From contig JACIYF010000003.1 of the NCBI GenBank assembly GCA_014360065.1, positions 1,567 through 65,566 of the forward strand: a DNA stretch of 64,000 nt. The letters are read 5' to 3'. The stretch comes from Clostridia bacterium (GTDB lineage Bacteria; Bacillota; DSM-521; Neomoorellales; JACIYF01). Every line of letters begins with the position of its first letter. Positions within the stretch are counted from its first letter, which is position 1. Both the position numbers and the translations under genes were made by a program. The notes beneath the pieces are model-generated. The model was given only the letters and a program-made list of their open reading frames with translations, made no database searches and had not been told where the DNA came from. Positions 43,182 through 52,291 of the stretch are shown in pieces.

Positions 43182-46067
43182 TTATCCTAGCGGTACGGAC
43201 GTACCGGTTTGGGAAGCACGAAGACCAGTAAATGCCTTGACCACTTCCACTACCACTATGGACATGAAACTTAAGCCCACTACTATCAGCCAATCGCTGG
43301 CAGTCAACAGGGCGGTGTCAAATATCTCTCTAAGCGGTGGCACCAAGATTACCGCCAGCTGCAAAGCAGCTGATAAACCGAAGGCACCGACCAGATAGCG
43401 ATTGGACAGTAGCCCCATCTTTACCAGCGACATTGGCCCTCGTACATTGAAAGCGTGGAAGAGCTGGGAAAGGCTCATGGTTAAAAAGGCCATGGTGTGG
43501 GCCTCCACCAGGGATCGCCCTCCTGCTATAGCCAGAGCATAAGCCGTAAAGGAAAGTCCGCCGATGAGTATGCCTTGCCAACCGATCTGTATACCTAAGC
43601 CGCCGGCAAAGATGCCCTCCTTGGCTCCCCGCGGTGGCCTCTGCATAACCCCCTTTTCAGCCCCTTCCAAGCCCAAAGCTAGGGCGGGAAATCCATCGGT
43701 GACCAAGTTCAGCCAAAGGATCTGGATAGGAGTTAAGGGGCTTCCCATACCGATGACGATGGCCAAGAAAATGGCAACGATCTCACCGATATTACAGGAA
43801 AGGAGGTAATGGATGGTCTTGCGAATATTGGCATAAATAGTTCGCCCTTCTTCGATGGCGTTAACGATAGTAGCAAAGTTATCGTCCATGAGTACCATAT
43901 CCGAGGCTTCCTTAGCTACTTCCGTTCCGGTGATTCCCATGGCCACACCGATGTCGGCCTGGCGGAGCGCAGGAGCATCATTTACTCCGTCGCCGGTCAT
44001 GGCTACCACCTGCTGATGGGCCCGGAGAGCCTTGACAATTCGAAGCTTGTGGTGAGGCGAAACTCGGGCATAGACTGAGGTCTTTAAGACCGCTGCCTCC
44101 AATTCTTCATCACTTGCTCTTTCTAGGTCCAGCCCAGTTAGGACCTGGTCTCCCGGACGGTAAATGCCGATCTCCTTGGCTATAGCCACTGCCGTAGTCT
44201 GATGGTCGCCGGTGATCATAACCGGACGGATACCCGCCTGGCGGCTAACCTCTACCGCCCGGGCTACTTCTGGCCGGGCCGGGTCTTGCATGGCAAAAAG
44301 CCCGACAAAGGTCATATCGGACTCCACCGCCTCGGAACTCATCTCCTCCGGCACTTGCAGCCAAGACCGGGTGGCCAGCGCCAAGACCCGCATGCCCTGT
44401 GAGGCCAGCTTAGAGTTGGCCTCTAGAAGCTTCTGTTTGTCCGCATCATTCAGGGGAGCAACCTCGCCATCGGGACCGTACCAAGACTGGCACCGTTCCA
44501 GCACAATATCAGGAGCTCCCTTGGTAAAGCTTACCACAGGCGCACCAAATCGGTCCGGCGGTACCTGGTGAAAAGTGGTCATCATCTTCCGGTCCGAGTC
44601 AAAGGGTACCTCGCCCACCCGGGGGTAATCCCGGTTGAGGCCCTCTCGGGTGAAACCAGCCTTGGCAGCGGCTACTACTAGCGCCCCTTCGGTAGGATCA
44701 CCAACGATTCGGTAATGGCCGTGATTATCCTGAGTTAGCCAGGCGTCACTTGCCAAGGCTCCGCCTATAAGCATCCGCTCCAGAGCCGGAGCAAAGCTGC
44801 CTTGGATCCCGGTTGCATCCAAGGCTTGCGCAGCTTTCTCCCCGGTCTGGTCAACGGCTTCCTCAGAACCCTCTGTCACCGGCTTAGACTCCGGTCCAGA
44901 GTGGACGACGGCAATAAATTCGCCTCGAGGGGCGTAGCCAACTCCCGTCACTTTCCAAACCCCTTCCGAGGTATAGATCTGGGCCACAGTCATTTCATTC
45001 TTGGTCAGGGTGCCGGTCTTGTCCGAGCAGATGGTCGTGGCTGTACCTAAAGTCTCTACGGCTGCCAGCTTGCGGATGATGGCCTGGCGCCGGCTCATCC
45101 GTTGCACCCCCAGGGCCAAGACGATGGTGACCACTGCCGGTAGGCCTTCCGGCACCGCCGCTACCGCCAAGCTTACCGAGGTCATGAACATCTCCAGCAG
45201 CTCTTCGCCCCGCAGTAGCCCGGCTATAAACACCACCGCTACCACAGCCAGGGCAATGACTCCCAAGTATTTACCGAGTTCGGCCAAGCGGCGTTGCAAG
45301 GGGGTGGGTTCCTGCTCCACCTGCTGAAGCATGCTGGCGATGCGCCCAATTTGGGTGCGCATGCCGGTATCCACTACTATGGCCTGGCCTCGTCCGGCGG
45401 TGATCACTGTGCCCATGAAGACCATGTTCTTTTGGTCGCCTAGCGTCACCTCCTGGCCTGATAAGACCTCCGCCGTCTTTTCCACCGGCACCGATTCCCC
45501 GGTTAGGGCCGATTCGTCCGCTGCCAAGCTAGCCACCTCAATCAGGCGGGCATCGGCCGGGACATAGTCTCCGGCTTCCAGCAATACTACATCCCCAGGC
45601 ACCAAATCCGCCGCCGGCACCTGATCCGGCCTGCCGTCGCGCAAAACTTTGGCCATCGGCTGGGTGAGCTTTTTCAGGGCTCGCAAAGCTTGCTCGGCCC
45701 GGCTCTCCTGAAACGCCCCTAAGGCAGCATTGAGAACCACGATGACCAGGATTACCCCGGAATCTTCGATCTCTCCTAAAGCTGCCGATATGATGGCGGC
45801 AGCAATGAGAATTAGCACCAAAACTTCTTTAATCTGGGAATAGATCATTTGGATAAGGCTGCGCGGTGGTGGCTCTTGCAACTGGTTGGGCCCGTACTCC
45901 CCCCGCCGTTTGGTGGCTTCATTGGCCTCGAGTCCTTGTTTCAAGTTAGAATTGAGAGCCATAGCTACCTCTTGAGCTGATCTTTGGTACCATTTCTTTT
46001 CAGCTTGGACGTTGGCAACTTCTGGTAGGATGGCGGCACTAGCTTCGGACGCTGGTGTCGACAACAA
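43182..46067 (-). CDS. P-type (type IIA-like, Ca2+/Mn2+) cation-transporting ATPase
   Basis: TGES, ICSDKTGTLT, MITGDH and TGDGVNDAPAL are present with 10 TM segments. The start is probably TTG 46067 (GGAGAGG 5 nt upstream), because the ORF-track start 46136 lies inside the riboswitch terminator. Confidence 0.85.
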   Translation of the reverse strand: MLSTPASEASAAILPEVANVQAEKKWYQRSAQEVAMALNSNLKQGLEANEATKRRGEYGPNQLQEPPPRSLIQMIYSQIKEVLVLILIAAAIISAALGEIEDSGVILVIVVLNAALGAFQESRAEQALRALKKLTQPMAKVLRDGRPDQVPAADLVPGDVVLLEAGDYVPADARLIEVASLAADESALTGESVPVEKTAEVLSGQEVTLGDQKNMVFMGTVITAGRGQAIVVDTGMRTQIGRIASMLQQVEQEPTPLQRRLAELGKYLGVIALAVVAVVFIAGLLRGEELLEMFMTSVSLAVAAVPEGLPAVVTIVLALGVQRMSRRQAIIRKLAAVETLGTATTICSDKTGTLTKNEMTVAQIYTSEGVWKVTGVGYAPRGEFIAVVHSGPESKPVTEGSEEAVDQTGEKAAQALDATGIQGSFAPALERMLIGGALASDAWLTQDNHGHYRIVGDPTEGALVVAAAKAGFTREGLNRDYPRVGEVPFDSDRKMMTTFHQVPPDRFGAPVVSFTKGAPDIVLERCQSWYGPDGEVAPLNDADKQKLLEANSKLASQGMRVLALATRSWLQVPEEMSSEAVESDMTFVGLFAMQDPARPEVARAVEVSRQAGIRPVMITGDHQTTAVAIAKEIGIYRPGDQVLTGLDLERASDEELEAAVLKTSVYARVSPHHKLRIVKALRAHQQVVAMTGDGVNDAPALRQADIGVAMGITGTEVAKEASDMVLMDDNFATIVNAIEEGRTIYANIRKTIHYLLSCNIGEIVAIFLAIVIGMGSPLTPIQILWLNLVTDGFPALALGLEGAEKGVMQRPPRGAKEGIFAGGLGIQIGWQGILIGGLSFTAYALAIAGGRSLVEAHTMAFLTMSLSQLFHAFNVRGPMSLVKMGLLSNRYLVGAFGLSAALQLAVILVPPLREIFDTALLTASDWLIVVGLSFMSIVVVEVVKAFTGLRASQTGTSVPLG

Positions 46068-46134
46068 CTTATCCTCTCCCCTCCCAAGTTTAGCCGTAGA
46101 CTTAAGTTGTCTTGCCTGCAAAAGGGGACAGATC

Positions 46135-46173
46135 AAAAAAGACCTTTGTGCATCCTCAGATGCCCAAAGGTCT
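46135..46173 (-). terminator. Intrinsic terminator of the Mn-riboswitch expression platform
   Basis: On the minus strand, AGACCUUUG-GGCAUCUGAGGAUGCA-CAAAGGUCU is followed by UUUUUU. The 5' arm is shared with the 3' strand of the aptamer P1, which implies an ON switch. Confidence 0.7.
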
Positions 46174-46295
46174 CGCTTCCGGATACCCCAACTGGGGAAC
46201 CCGCCAACCTAGCGGGAGGTAGCCTCCGATTGTGCCTTGGAGGTCTAGCTCCGTACTGGCGCTAGGCCGGTAAGTCGCTACTCCCCTTTTGCAAT
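46164..46295 (-). promoter_or_regulatory. yybP-ykoY (manganese) riboswitch aptamer
   Basis: The minus strand begins CAAAAGGGGAGUAGCG and ends GGAAGCGAGACCUUUG. These match the two conserved ends of yybP-ykoY (compare L. lactis AAAGGGGAGUAGCG...AGCAAGACCUUU, from memory). Confidence 0.8.
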
Positions 46296-46483
46296 ACTAA
46301 GGATAACATGGCCTTGTCCAAACCGTCAACCATTTCTTCTCGCAAGAGTCACAACATGCAAACAAATTCTGCTGCACCTAAACTAAAGCTTTCAGCCCGA
46401 GCAGAAATTAAATATACTAGTAGCTAGAAGTGCTGCGCCTGCCAGGCAGGTTCCGCCCATGTATGCTTCAGAGGTGCCGAGAT

Positions 46484-47005
46484 ATGAATCCGAGCCTGGA
46501 AAGGCTTTTAAATGCATTTGATCAGTACCGGCACGCCCGGCTGCAGTTTATGAAAATCTTGGGCTGTCCCGCTTCCAACCGGGATCCTTTGGCGGAGTTC
46601 AGTGAACGTCTGGTGGCAACGCTGGTGGGAGGGCAGCTGGCTGCGAGCAGGGTTCAGAAAGGCTATGATGTGGTTGGATCTCAGGGGGAGCGGATTCAGG
46701 TCAAGTACTTAGCTAATCCTCCTGGGCGCTGGGTCAATGAACACCATTTACGCTTTACCGCCGACATGGACCAGTATGCTCTGGTGTTGTTTGAAAACCT
46801 GGACGCCAAGGCGGTAGTCATCTTTCCCCAGGCTACTTTATCCCAAGTTGGCCAAGCTCTGGGCAAGCACCACCCCCATCAGGACCACACCCTGCAGCTC
46901 ACCCGGCATAACTGGCAGCAAATCCTTGCTAGCCCCGAGGCCTTTGCCCGCTTAGGGGTAAAGATTTATTGCCCTATACCGCCTGGCGGAGTACCATCCG
47001 AGTAA
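46484..47005 (+). CDS. Hypothetical protein with a possible PD-(D/E)xK nuclease-like core
   Basis: AGAGGTG lies before ATG 46484. SNRDPLAEFSERLV...GYDV...GERIQVKY resembles a D...(E/Q)xK nuclease motif. The family is not firmly recognised. Confidence 0.4.
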   Translation: MNPSLERLLNAFDQYRHARLQFMKILGCPASNRDPLAEFSERLVATLVGGQLAASRVQKGYDVVGSQGERIQVKYLANPPGRWVNEHHLRFTADMDQYALVLFENLDAKAVVIFPQATLSQVGQALGKHHPHQDHTLQLTRHNWQQILASPEAFARLGVKIYCPIPPGGVPSE

Positions 47006-47043
47006 GAGCCGTGCACCCCAGGCCTGCCCTTTATCGCCCTTTC

Positions 47044-47202
47044 TCAGGGTATGCCCACGTCCCTTTCCTGGTCTTCTGCTTTGCTCAGGTATTCTACGAT
47101 GGCTTCATTTACGATTTCTGAGTACCCTCGCATCCCTCTTTTGGCAGCCAAGGCCATCAGTTTGGCCCGGGTCTCATTGCTGATCTCAATGGTGGTGCGC
47201 AT
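47044..47202 (-). CDS. Ribbon-helix-helix (CopG/antitoxin-like) protein, 52 aa, unlisted
   Basis: GGTGAGGTG lies 6 nt before ATG 47202. MRTTIEISNETRAKLMALAAKRGMRGYSEIVNEAIVEYL is the classic RHH beta-alpha-alpha pattern. No toxin gene follows. Confidence 0.6.
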   Translation of the reverse strand: MRTTIEISNETRAKLMALAAKRGMRGYSEIVNEAIVEYLSKAEDQERDVGIP

Positions 47203-47406
47203 ATCGTTCACCTCACCTAAGCATTCTAATACTCACATGCTTGCATGTTTTAATTATACCAACCGCCACGTGTTGCCCCTTGAGAAATTTGAGGGTATTC
47301 CGACAAATTGGCTTCGCTTCGGAGACTGCTTCTATCCAGCTCGAGTGTGATTACTGAGGTTTAGAGGGACATTAAAGCCTAGGAACACGTTAGGCAGCAG
47401 ATAAGC

Positions 47407-48900
47407 TTAGGTGGACTTACCAGCCCTAGATTCTTTACGTTGTGACCGAACCCCGGGGATCGATAGCAAAGCGCTAAGGGTAGTGAAGAGGGCGCCAGCC
47501 AGATAGGCGTCCCGGAGGGCAGGGACGAAGGCATGATAATGGGCCTCCCTAGAAGCAAATATTGCCCCAGCCAAAGCTACCCCTAAGACCATGCCCACAT
47601 TGCGGATTACTGATAGCACTCCGGAGGCAATCCCAGTCCGCTCCCGAGGGACGCTCCCCATCACCGCGCTGTTGTTGGGAGATTGAAAGATGCCGGTGCC
47701 AAGTCCAAACAAAGCCAGGCCGGCCACTACCAGCCGTAAGGGCTCAGCGGCCTGAGAACCGACCCTGGCGGTTATACCCCCAGCCGCTGCTCCCCCGCCG
47801 CTTCCGCCCAAAGCCAGCCAGCCCAAAGCCACCGCGCACAGGCTAGCCCCCAAAATCGAAAGGCCACGAGTACCGATCCGGTCCGATAGGGCCCCAGACC
47901 AGGGAGCAGTGAAAAGAACTACTGCTGGGAAAGCAGTCATGAGCAGCCCTACTTGTCCGGGGAGCAAGCCCAAGTAATCCCGAAGATAAAAGGGGGTCAA
48001 AAAAACCAGAGTATACTGGCTCATGAAGTTAAACAGCGCTGCCAAGTTGGCGCAGCTGAATAGCCGGTTCTTAAAGAGGCTGAGATCCAGCATGGGCTGG
48101 GGCACCCGCCGCTCCCACAGGACGAACAACGCGGCGCCTACCAAGGCCAAAAGCCCAACTGCCAGGCTGGTAGAGGACCATAGACCCCAGCTGGGGAGGC
48201 GGTTGACCCAGAGCAAAAAGCTAAACAGGGTCACAAAGGCTAGAACCGCTCCTAGGCCGTCAAAGTGTTCAGTTGGCCGAGGCCGATCAGGTGGTAGGAG
48301 CCGCCGCGACCAAAAGAAGCCGATGATGCCAATGGGAACGTTAATGTAGAATACCCACCGCCAACCCCACCAGCCAGTAATCGCTCCGCCCAGGGATGGC
48401 CCCAAGGCTAGCCCAAATGCCACTGACATGCCGTTTAGGCCCAAGGCCCGGCCCCGCTCGCTAGCCGGAAAGGTAGTGGTAATGATGGCCGGGATGACTG
48501 CCATGAACATGCCGGCTCCAACCGCCTGGAGAGCACGAGCGCCGATCAAAAACCCCATGGAGGGAGAAAGGCCGCACAAAGCCGATGAAATCACAAACAG
48601 GATGATGCCCCCTAAGAACAAGCGCCGGTACCCCCACATATCCCCCAGCCGACCATAGCTCAACAGCAAGCTGCTGAGCACTAAGAGATAGGCCATGGGT
48701 ACCCATCCAGCTAGAGACATAGGCGCATGAAAAAACCCGGCTATGGTAGGGAGATTGACGTTAATAATGCTGGCATCTAAAGGGCCCATGACGCCCGCCG
48801 CCAACACCGCTGCCAGCACCCGCCAACGCCTAGGGTCGGCTGACTCCGTCATCAGCGCCTGCCCCGTCCTCTTCCCCACTGAGGTCATCCCCTTTCCCAA
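47407..48900 (-). CDS. MFS transporter, DHA2 (EmrB/QacA, 14-TM) type
   Basis: 497 aa with about 14 TM segments. Motif-A-like GRLGDMWGYRR and LDASIINVNLPTI are present. Confidence 0.85.
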   Translation of the reverse strand: MGKGMTSVGKRTGQALMTESADPRRWRVLAAVLAAGVMGPLDASIINVNLPTIAGFFHAPMSLAGWVPMAYLLVLSSLLLSYGRLGDMWGYRRLFLGGIILFVISSALCGLSPSMGFLIGARALQAVGAGMFMAVIPAIITTTFPASERGRALGLNGMSVAFGLALGPSLGGAITGWWGWRWVFYINVPIGIIGFFWSRRLLPPDRPRPTEHFDGLGAVLAFVTLFSFLLWVNRLPSWGLWSSTSLAVGLLALVGAALFVLWERRVPQPMLDLSLFKNRLFSCANLAALFNFMSQYTLVFLTPFYLRDYLGLLPGQVGLLMTAFPAVVLFTAPWSGALSDRIGTRGLSILGASLCAVALGWLALGGSGGGAAAGGITARVGSQAAEPLRLVVAGLALFGLGTGIFQSPNNSAVMGSVPRERTGIASGVLSVIRNVGMVLGVALAGAIFASREAHYHAFVPALRDAYLAGALFTTLSALLSIPGVRSQRKESRAGKST

Positions 48901-49185
48901 TAGCTATTCACCCGACCGTCGATCCCCTGCAATTTCAGTTGGACTTCACGGCCATGCCCCCCAAGCTGAATACTAGGTTAAGGACCGGCGAAAACCCCGT
49001 CGCGGTCTTTCGTAGCTAGCATTCAACGTACCCAGGTTGGTTGTACGGCTTAGCGTGAACCAGTAGGCTAGCTACGACTTATGTTAATTCGTTTCCTTAC
49101 TAACTATTTCCTGCTTGTCAAACTCTCCTAGGACATGCTAAAAAGAGAAGGGTCCACCCATTCATCCCCTGGAAGGGAGATATCT

Positions 49186-50268
49186 ATGTCCATCCTACTC
49201 GCCTTTAATGCTGTCCCCGCCTCGGCCCGAACTGGAGCCTTCAGCGAGTGCCTAGCTCCCCAAGTGGTTTCCGCCATTAGCGCACCCTTGGCGGAAGCTG
49301 GACTAGACATAATCCTTTGCAACTTGTACTCACCCCGGGATTTGGTAGAAACGCTGTCCGCTCACCCAAACATCAAGCTAGCCCTGGTACTGGCAGAAGG
49401 TTACCTCAAGTTTCCCTTTACCTTGCACAACGGCACCGGTCCCGCTCACATCCGAAGATTGCTTAGAGCCTTAGGAAAACCCTTTTCCCATTCCGGGCCC
49501 GAAGCCATGACGGTGTTAAGGCATAAAGACATTACCTACCAGGTGTTGTCTGAGGTAGGAATAAGGGTTCCTTTCTACTTTAAGGTTGAGGCCAGCCTGG
49601 CTGTAACCAACAGGATAGAACAGCTCCCGCCGCCTCATGTGCTGCCCTTTCCGCTGTTCGTCAAGCCAGCAGGAGGAGGTGCCAGCCTGGGCATAGACAG
49701 CCAATCCATAGTCTACACCCCTGAAGAACTGGAGCGGCAAGTAAGGAAAGTGGCTCAAAGTTTTAAGGCCGATGTCATCGTGGAAGAATACTTGCCTGGA
49801 CGTGAATACACCATTGGGGTTATCGGTAATGAACGGCCTACAGTGCTGCCAATCCTAGCTTTTCCGCCCCACTACCCCATTCGCACTACCCAGGTCAAGC
49901 GTAGCGAGCACGAGCAAAGGGATCTGTTTGAGCTTTTTACCTCTTCCCATCCCCTTTACGCTCCCCTGGCGAGCTTGGCTGAGACCATATTTCGGACCGT
50001 AGGGGCCCAGGATTGTATCCGTATCGACCTCAAAGAAGACCAAGAGGGCCGGCCGGTGGTAATTGATGTCAATGGTACCCCGGCCTTGGCCCCTACCTCG
50101 TCCCTGGCCTTTGTGGCCAGCGCCGCTGGTCTATCATACTCTGAACTCATCAACCTGGTGTGCGGCGAGGCCATGCTGCGAAACCAGATTGACCCGCCCC
50201 CGGATATGGCCGCCATCCTTAGCGCCGCCTACGTCAAGCTGGAAACCTACCGCCAGCAGGTAGCTTAG
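49186..50268 (+). CDS. ATP-grasp enzyme, D-alanine--D-alanine-ligase-like
   Basis: GGAAGGGAG lies before ATG 49186. FPLFVKPAGGGASLGI, VIVEEYLPGREYTIGV and IRIDLKED..GRPVVIDVN are present. Confidence 0.7.
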   Translation: MSILLAFNAVPASARTGAFSECLAPQVVSAISAPLAEAGLDIILCNLYSPRDLVETLSAHPNIKLALVLAEGYLKFPFTLHNGTGPAHIRRLLRALGKPFSHSGPEAMTVLRHKDITYQVLSEVGIRVPFYFKVEASLAVTNRIEQLPPPHVLPFPLFVKPAGGGASLGIDSQSIVYTPEELERQVRKVAQSFKADVIVEEYLPGREYTIGVIGNERPTVLPILAFPPHYPIRTTQVKRSEHEQRDLFELFTSSHPLYAPLASLAETIFRTVGAQDCIRIDLKEDQEGRPVVIDVNGTPALAPTSSLAFVASAAGLSYSELINLVCGEAMLRNQIDPPPDMAAILSAAYVKLETYRQQVA

Positions 50269-50538
50269 CTGTGGGCCCTACTGCTCCGGGTTAGGGAGCG
50301 GGCCATGCGCTCCAGCCTGAAGACGGTCATAAATTCCACATTCTTGTTGATCCAGGGCTGCCGGTATGTCGGTATCTTCTAAGGCTCTGGCCTCATATCA
50401 CTTCTGTCCCTGATTCTAGGTTGCTTCCAGGCCGAACAGCGCCCGGCCAAGCTGCTGCCAGCCAAAAAAGATATTCATCGCCACAAATGCTAACCGCCTT
50501 TAAGTGTCACAGTTGAGATAACCAGGCAATAAGGCCGG

Positions 50539-51801
50539 TTACTCGTATACTTTTTCCTCAACGGCATCAGCTTCAGCCGCATCGGCTTCTACGTCCCGGC
50601 CTAGCACACCGGCCCGGTCAAATTCTTGGTAGAATTCATGTTGTATAATTAAATCCATGACTTCGTTGGTACCGGTCCAAATCATAATTAGGCGGGCATC
50701 GCGAAGCAACCTCTCCACCGGGTAGATGCTCGTGTAGCCGATTCCACCCATGACTTGCATGGCATGATTAATGACTTCCCAGGCCGACTCGGTAGCAAAC
50801 TTTTTGGCCTCGGATACCATGCGCCGCTGCAAAGAGGAAGGCATACCTTCATCGATGGAGCGAGCGGCAGCATAGACCAAGGATCGCGCCGCATCCAGCT
50901 TAGTGATGGAGTCGGCGATTTTAAAACTTACCGCTTGAAACTCTTTAATGTGGCGGCCGAAAGCTTTGCGCTTGGTGCTATAACGGGTAGCCACCTCCAG
51001 CGCCGCCCGAGCCATGCCAATGGCTCCGGCGGCGCTGGTCATGCGCTCAGGAATCATCATTTGATAGAAAATCGGTGCGGCTCCGTGGAGTTCGCCCAAT
51101 AGGTTTTCTTCAGGAACGAAGGCATCCCGAAACAACAGCCGGCCCGCGCCCCCACCTCGGGTACCCATGAGCCCATAGACGTGCTTGACTTCCACCCCCG
51201 GCCCCCGGTCAACTATGAAGGCGCTGATGGCCTGATGGGGAGCTACCGCCGGATCTAGGTTGGTGCGAGCATAGACCATAAAGTAATCCGCTCCTTCGGC
51301 GCCGACCACAAACCGCTTCTGGCCATTTAGGATAAAGCCCCCTTCTACCTTCTCCGCCTTGGTGGTAGCGCCAAAGAAGTCAGAGCCGCCTCGGGGCTCA
51401 GTTAAAGCCTCGGCAGTGCAAAGCTCGCCAGCCAAGGTGGGTCGAAGGTACTTCTCCTTTAGCTTGGCGCTTCCAAAACGGTTAATAGCCTCACCCACAA
51501 TGGTGGGTAGAGAATAGAGGCAAGCCAGGGAAGTACCAAGGACCCCCACTTCTTCAAGAGCTACGATTTCTGAACTCCAGCCTAAACCTCGGCCGCCGTA
51601 TTGGCTCGGAAAGCGAAGGCCCAACAAGTTCTGTTGCCCTAAGGCCCGAACATAACCCCGAGGGTAAACTATCTTCTCAGCGTCCATATCCAAAATCAGT
51701 TGGCGGTCCACACGGGCAACAAACTGTCTAACTTCATCGCGAAGCTTCCTTTGATCCTCATTTAACAAGAAATCAAACAAGTCTGACAACCCCTTTCCCA
51801 A
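50539..51801 (-). CDS. Acyl-CoA dehydrogenase
   Basis: TEP.GGSD, the catalytic-region pattern [22 protein letters not shown], and [11 protein letters not shown] are present. Length is 420 aa. Confidence 0.9.
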   Translation of the reverse strand: MGKGLSDLFDFLLNEDQRKLRDEVRQFVARVDRQLILDMDAEKIVYPRGYVRALGQQNLLGLRFPSQYGGRGLGWSSEIVALEEVGVLGTSLACLYSLPTIVGEAINRFGSAKLKEKYLRPTLAGELCTAEALTEPRGGSDFFGATTKAEKVEGGFILNGQKRFVVGAEGADYFMVYARTNLDPAVAPHQAISAFIVDRGPGVEVKHVYGLMGTRGGGAGRLLFRDAFVPEENLLGELHGAAPIFYQMMIPERMTSAAGAIGMARAALEVATRYSTKRKAFGRHIKEFQAVSFKIADSITKLDAARSLVYAAARSIDEGMPSSLQRRMVSEAKKFATESAWEVINHAMQVMGGIGYTSIYPVERLLRDARLIMIWTGTNEVMDLIIQHEFYQEFDRAGVLGRDVEADAAEADAVEEKVYE

Positions 51802-52291
51802 GCGTTCTTAAGCCGTGCCCTACCAAGCCGCTTTCAGGTTACCCGGCTCAAGTCCCCTTCGCGGGCATCCCCGCCCCTACGGAAGGCCTCAGGAATTCTC
51901 CGGCCTCTCCCAGTGCTCCCCAGACCCTCGGCAATTCTTGTCTGCTACAACAAGTCCTGGCACTTTCTCCCCGGTCACTCCGGCCAGCAGAGCTGACAAA
52001 GCAGGACTTTCCAACTTGCCGTCCCTTGCCTACACCTCCCCTAGTTCCCTCGCCTTTTTTAACCCCACTCTTCTCCTCAAGGAGCTTGGCAAACTGCTCT
52101 CGAAACTCCAGCATTTCCGCTTTCAGCTGCTGGAACTCGTGAATCATCTCGTCAATCTCCCTGATTTTGGTCACCATATTCGATGGTACGGACCAGCTGC
52201 ATCTTCTGGGTAGGATCGACTTTCCGCCCCCGAGCTTCAATACGTGGTGGCGCCCATGCCGCAACCGGGAAAGGGCTTTTGAACCCGAAGC

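Noticed and set aside
47051-47350. 99-aa plus-strand ORF in the ORF track
   Set aside because: It is antisense to a much more convincing RHH gene that has its own SD and promoter. The remainder runs through AT-rich promoter-like DNA and has no RBS.
51815-52100. Possible RNase P RNA, because of GGAAAGUCC and ACGGCUUAAGAACG strings resembling P4 strands
   Set aside because: The region is too short (about 250 nt). It lacks the other universally conserved RNase P elements (for example the GGUAA..GUGAAA..GUGCGGUAA core and ACAGAA). I kept it only as an unexplained structured spacer.
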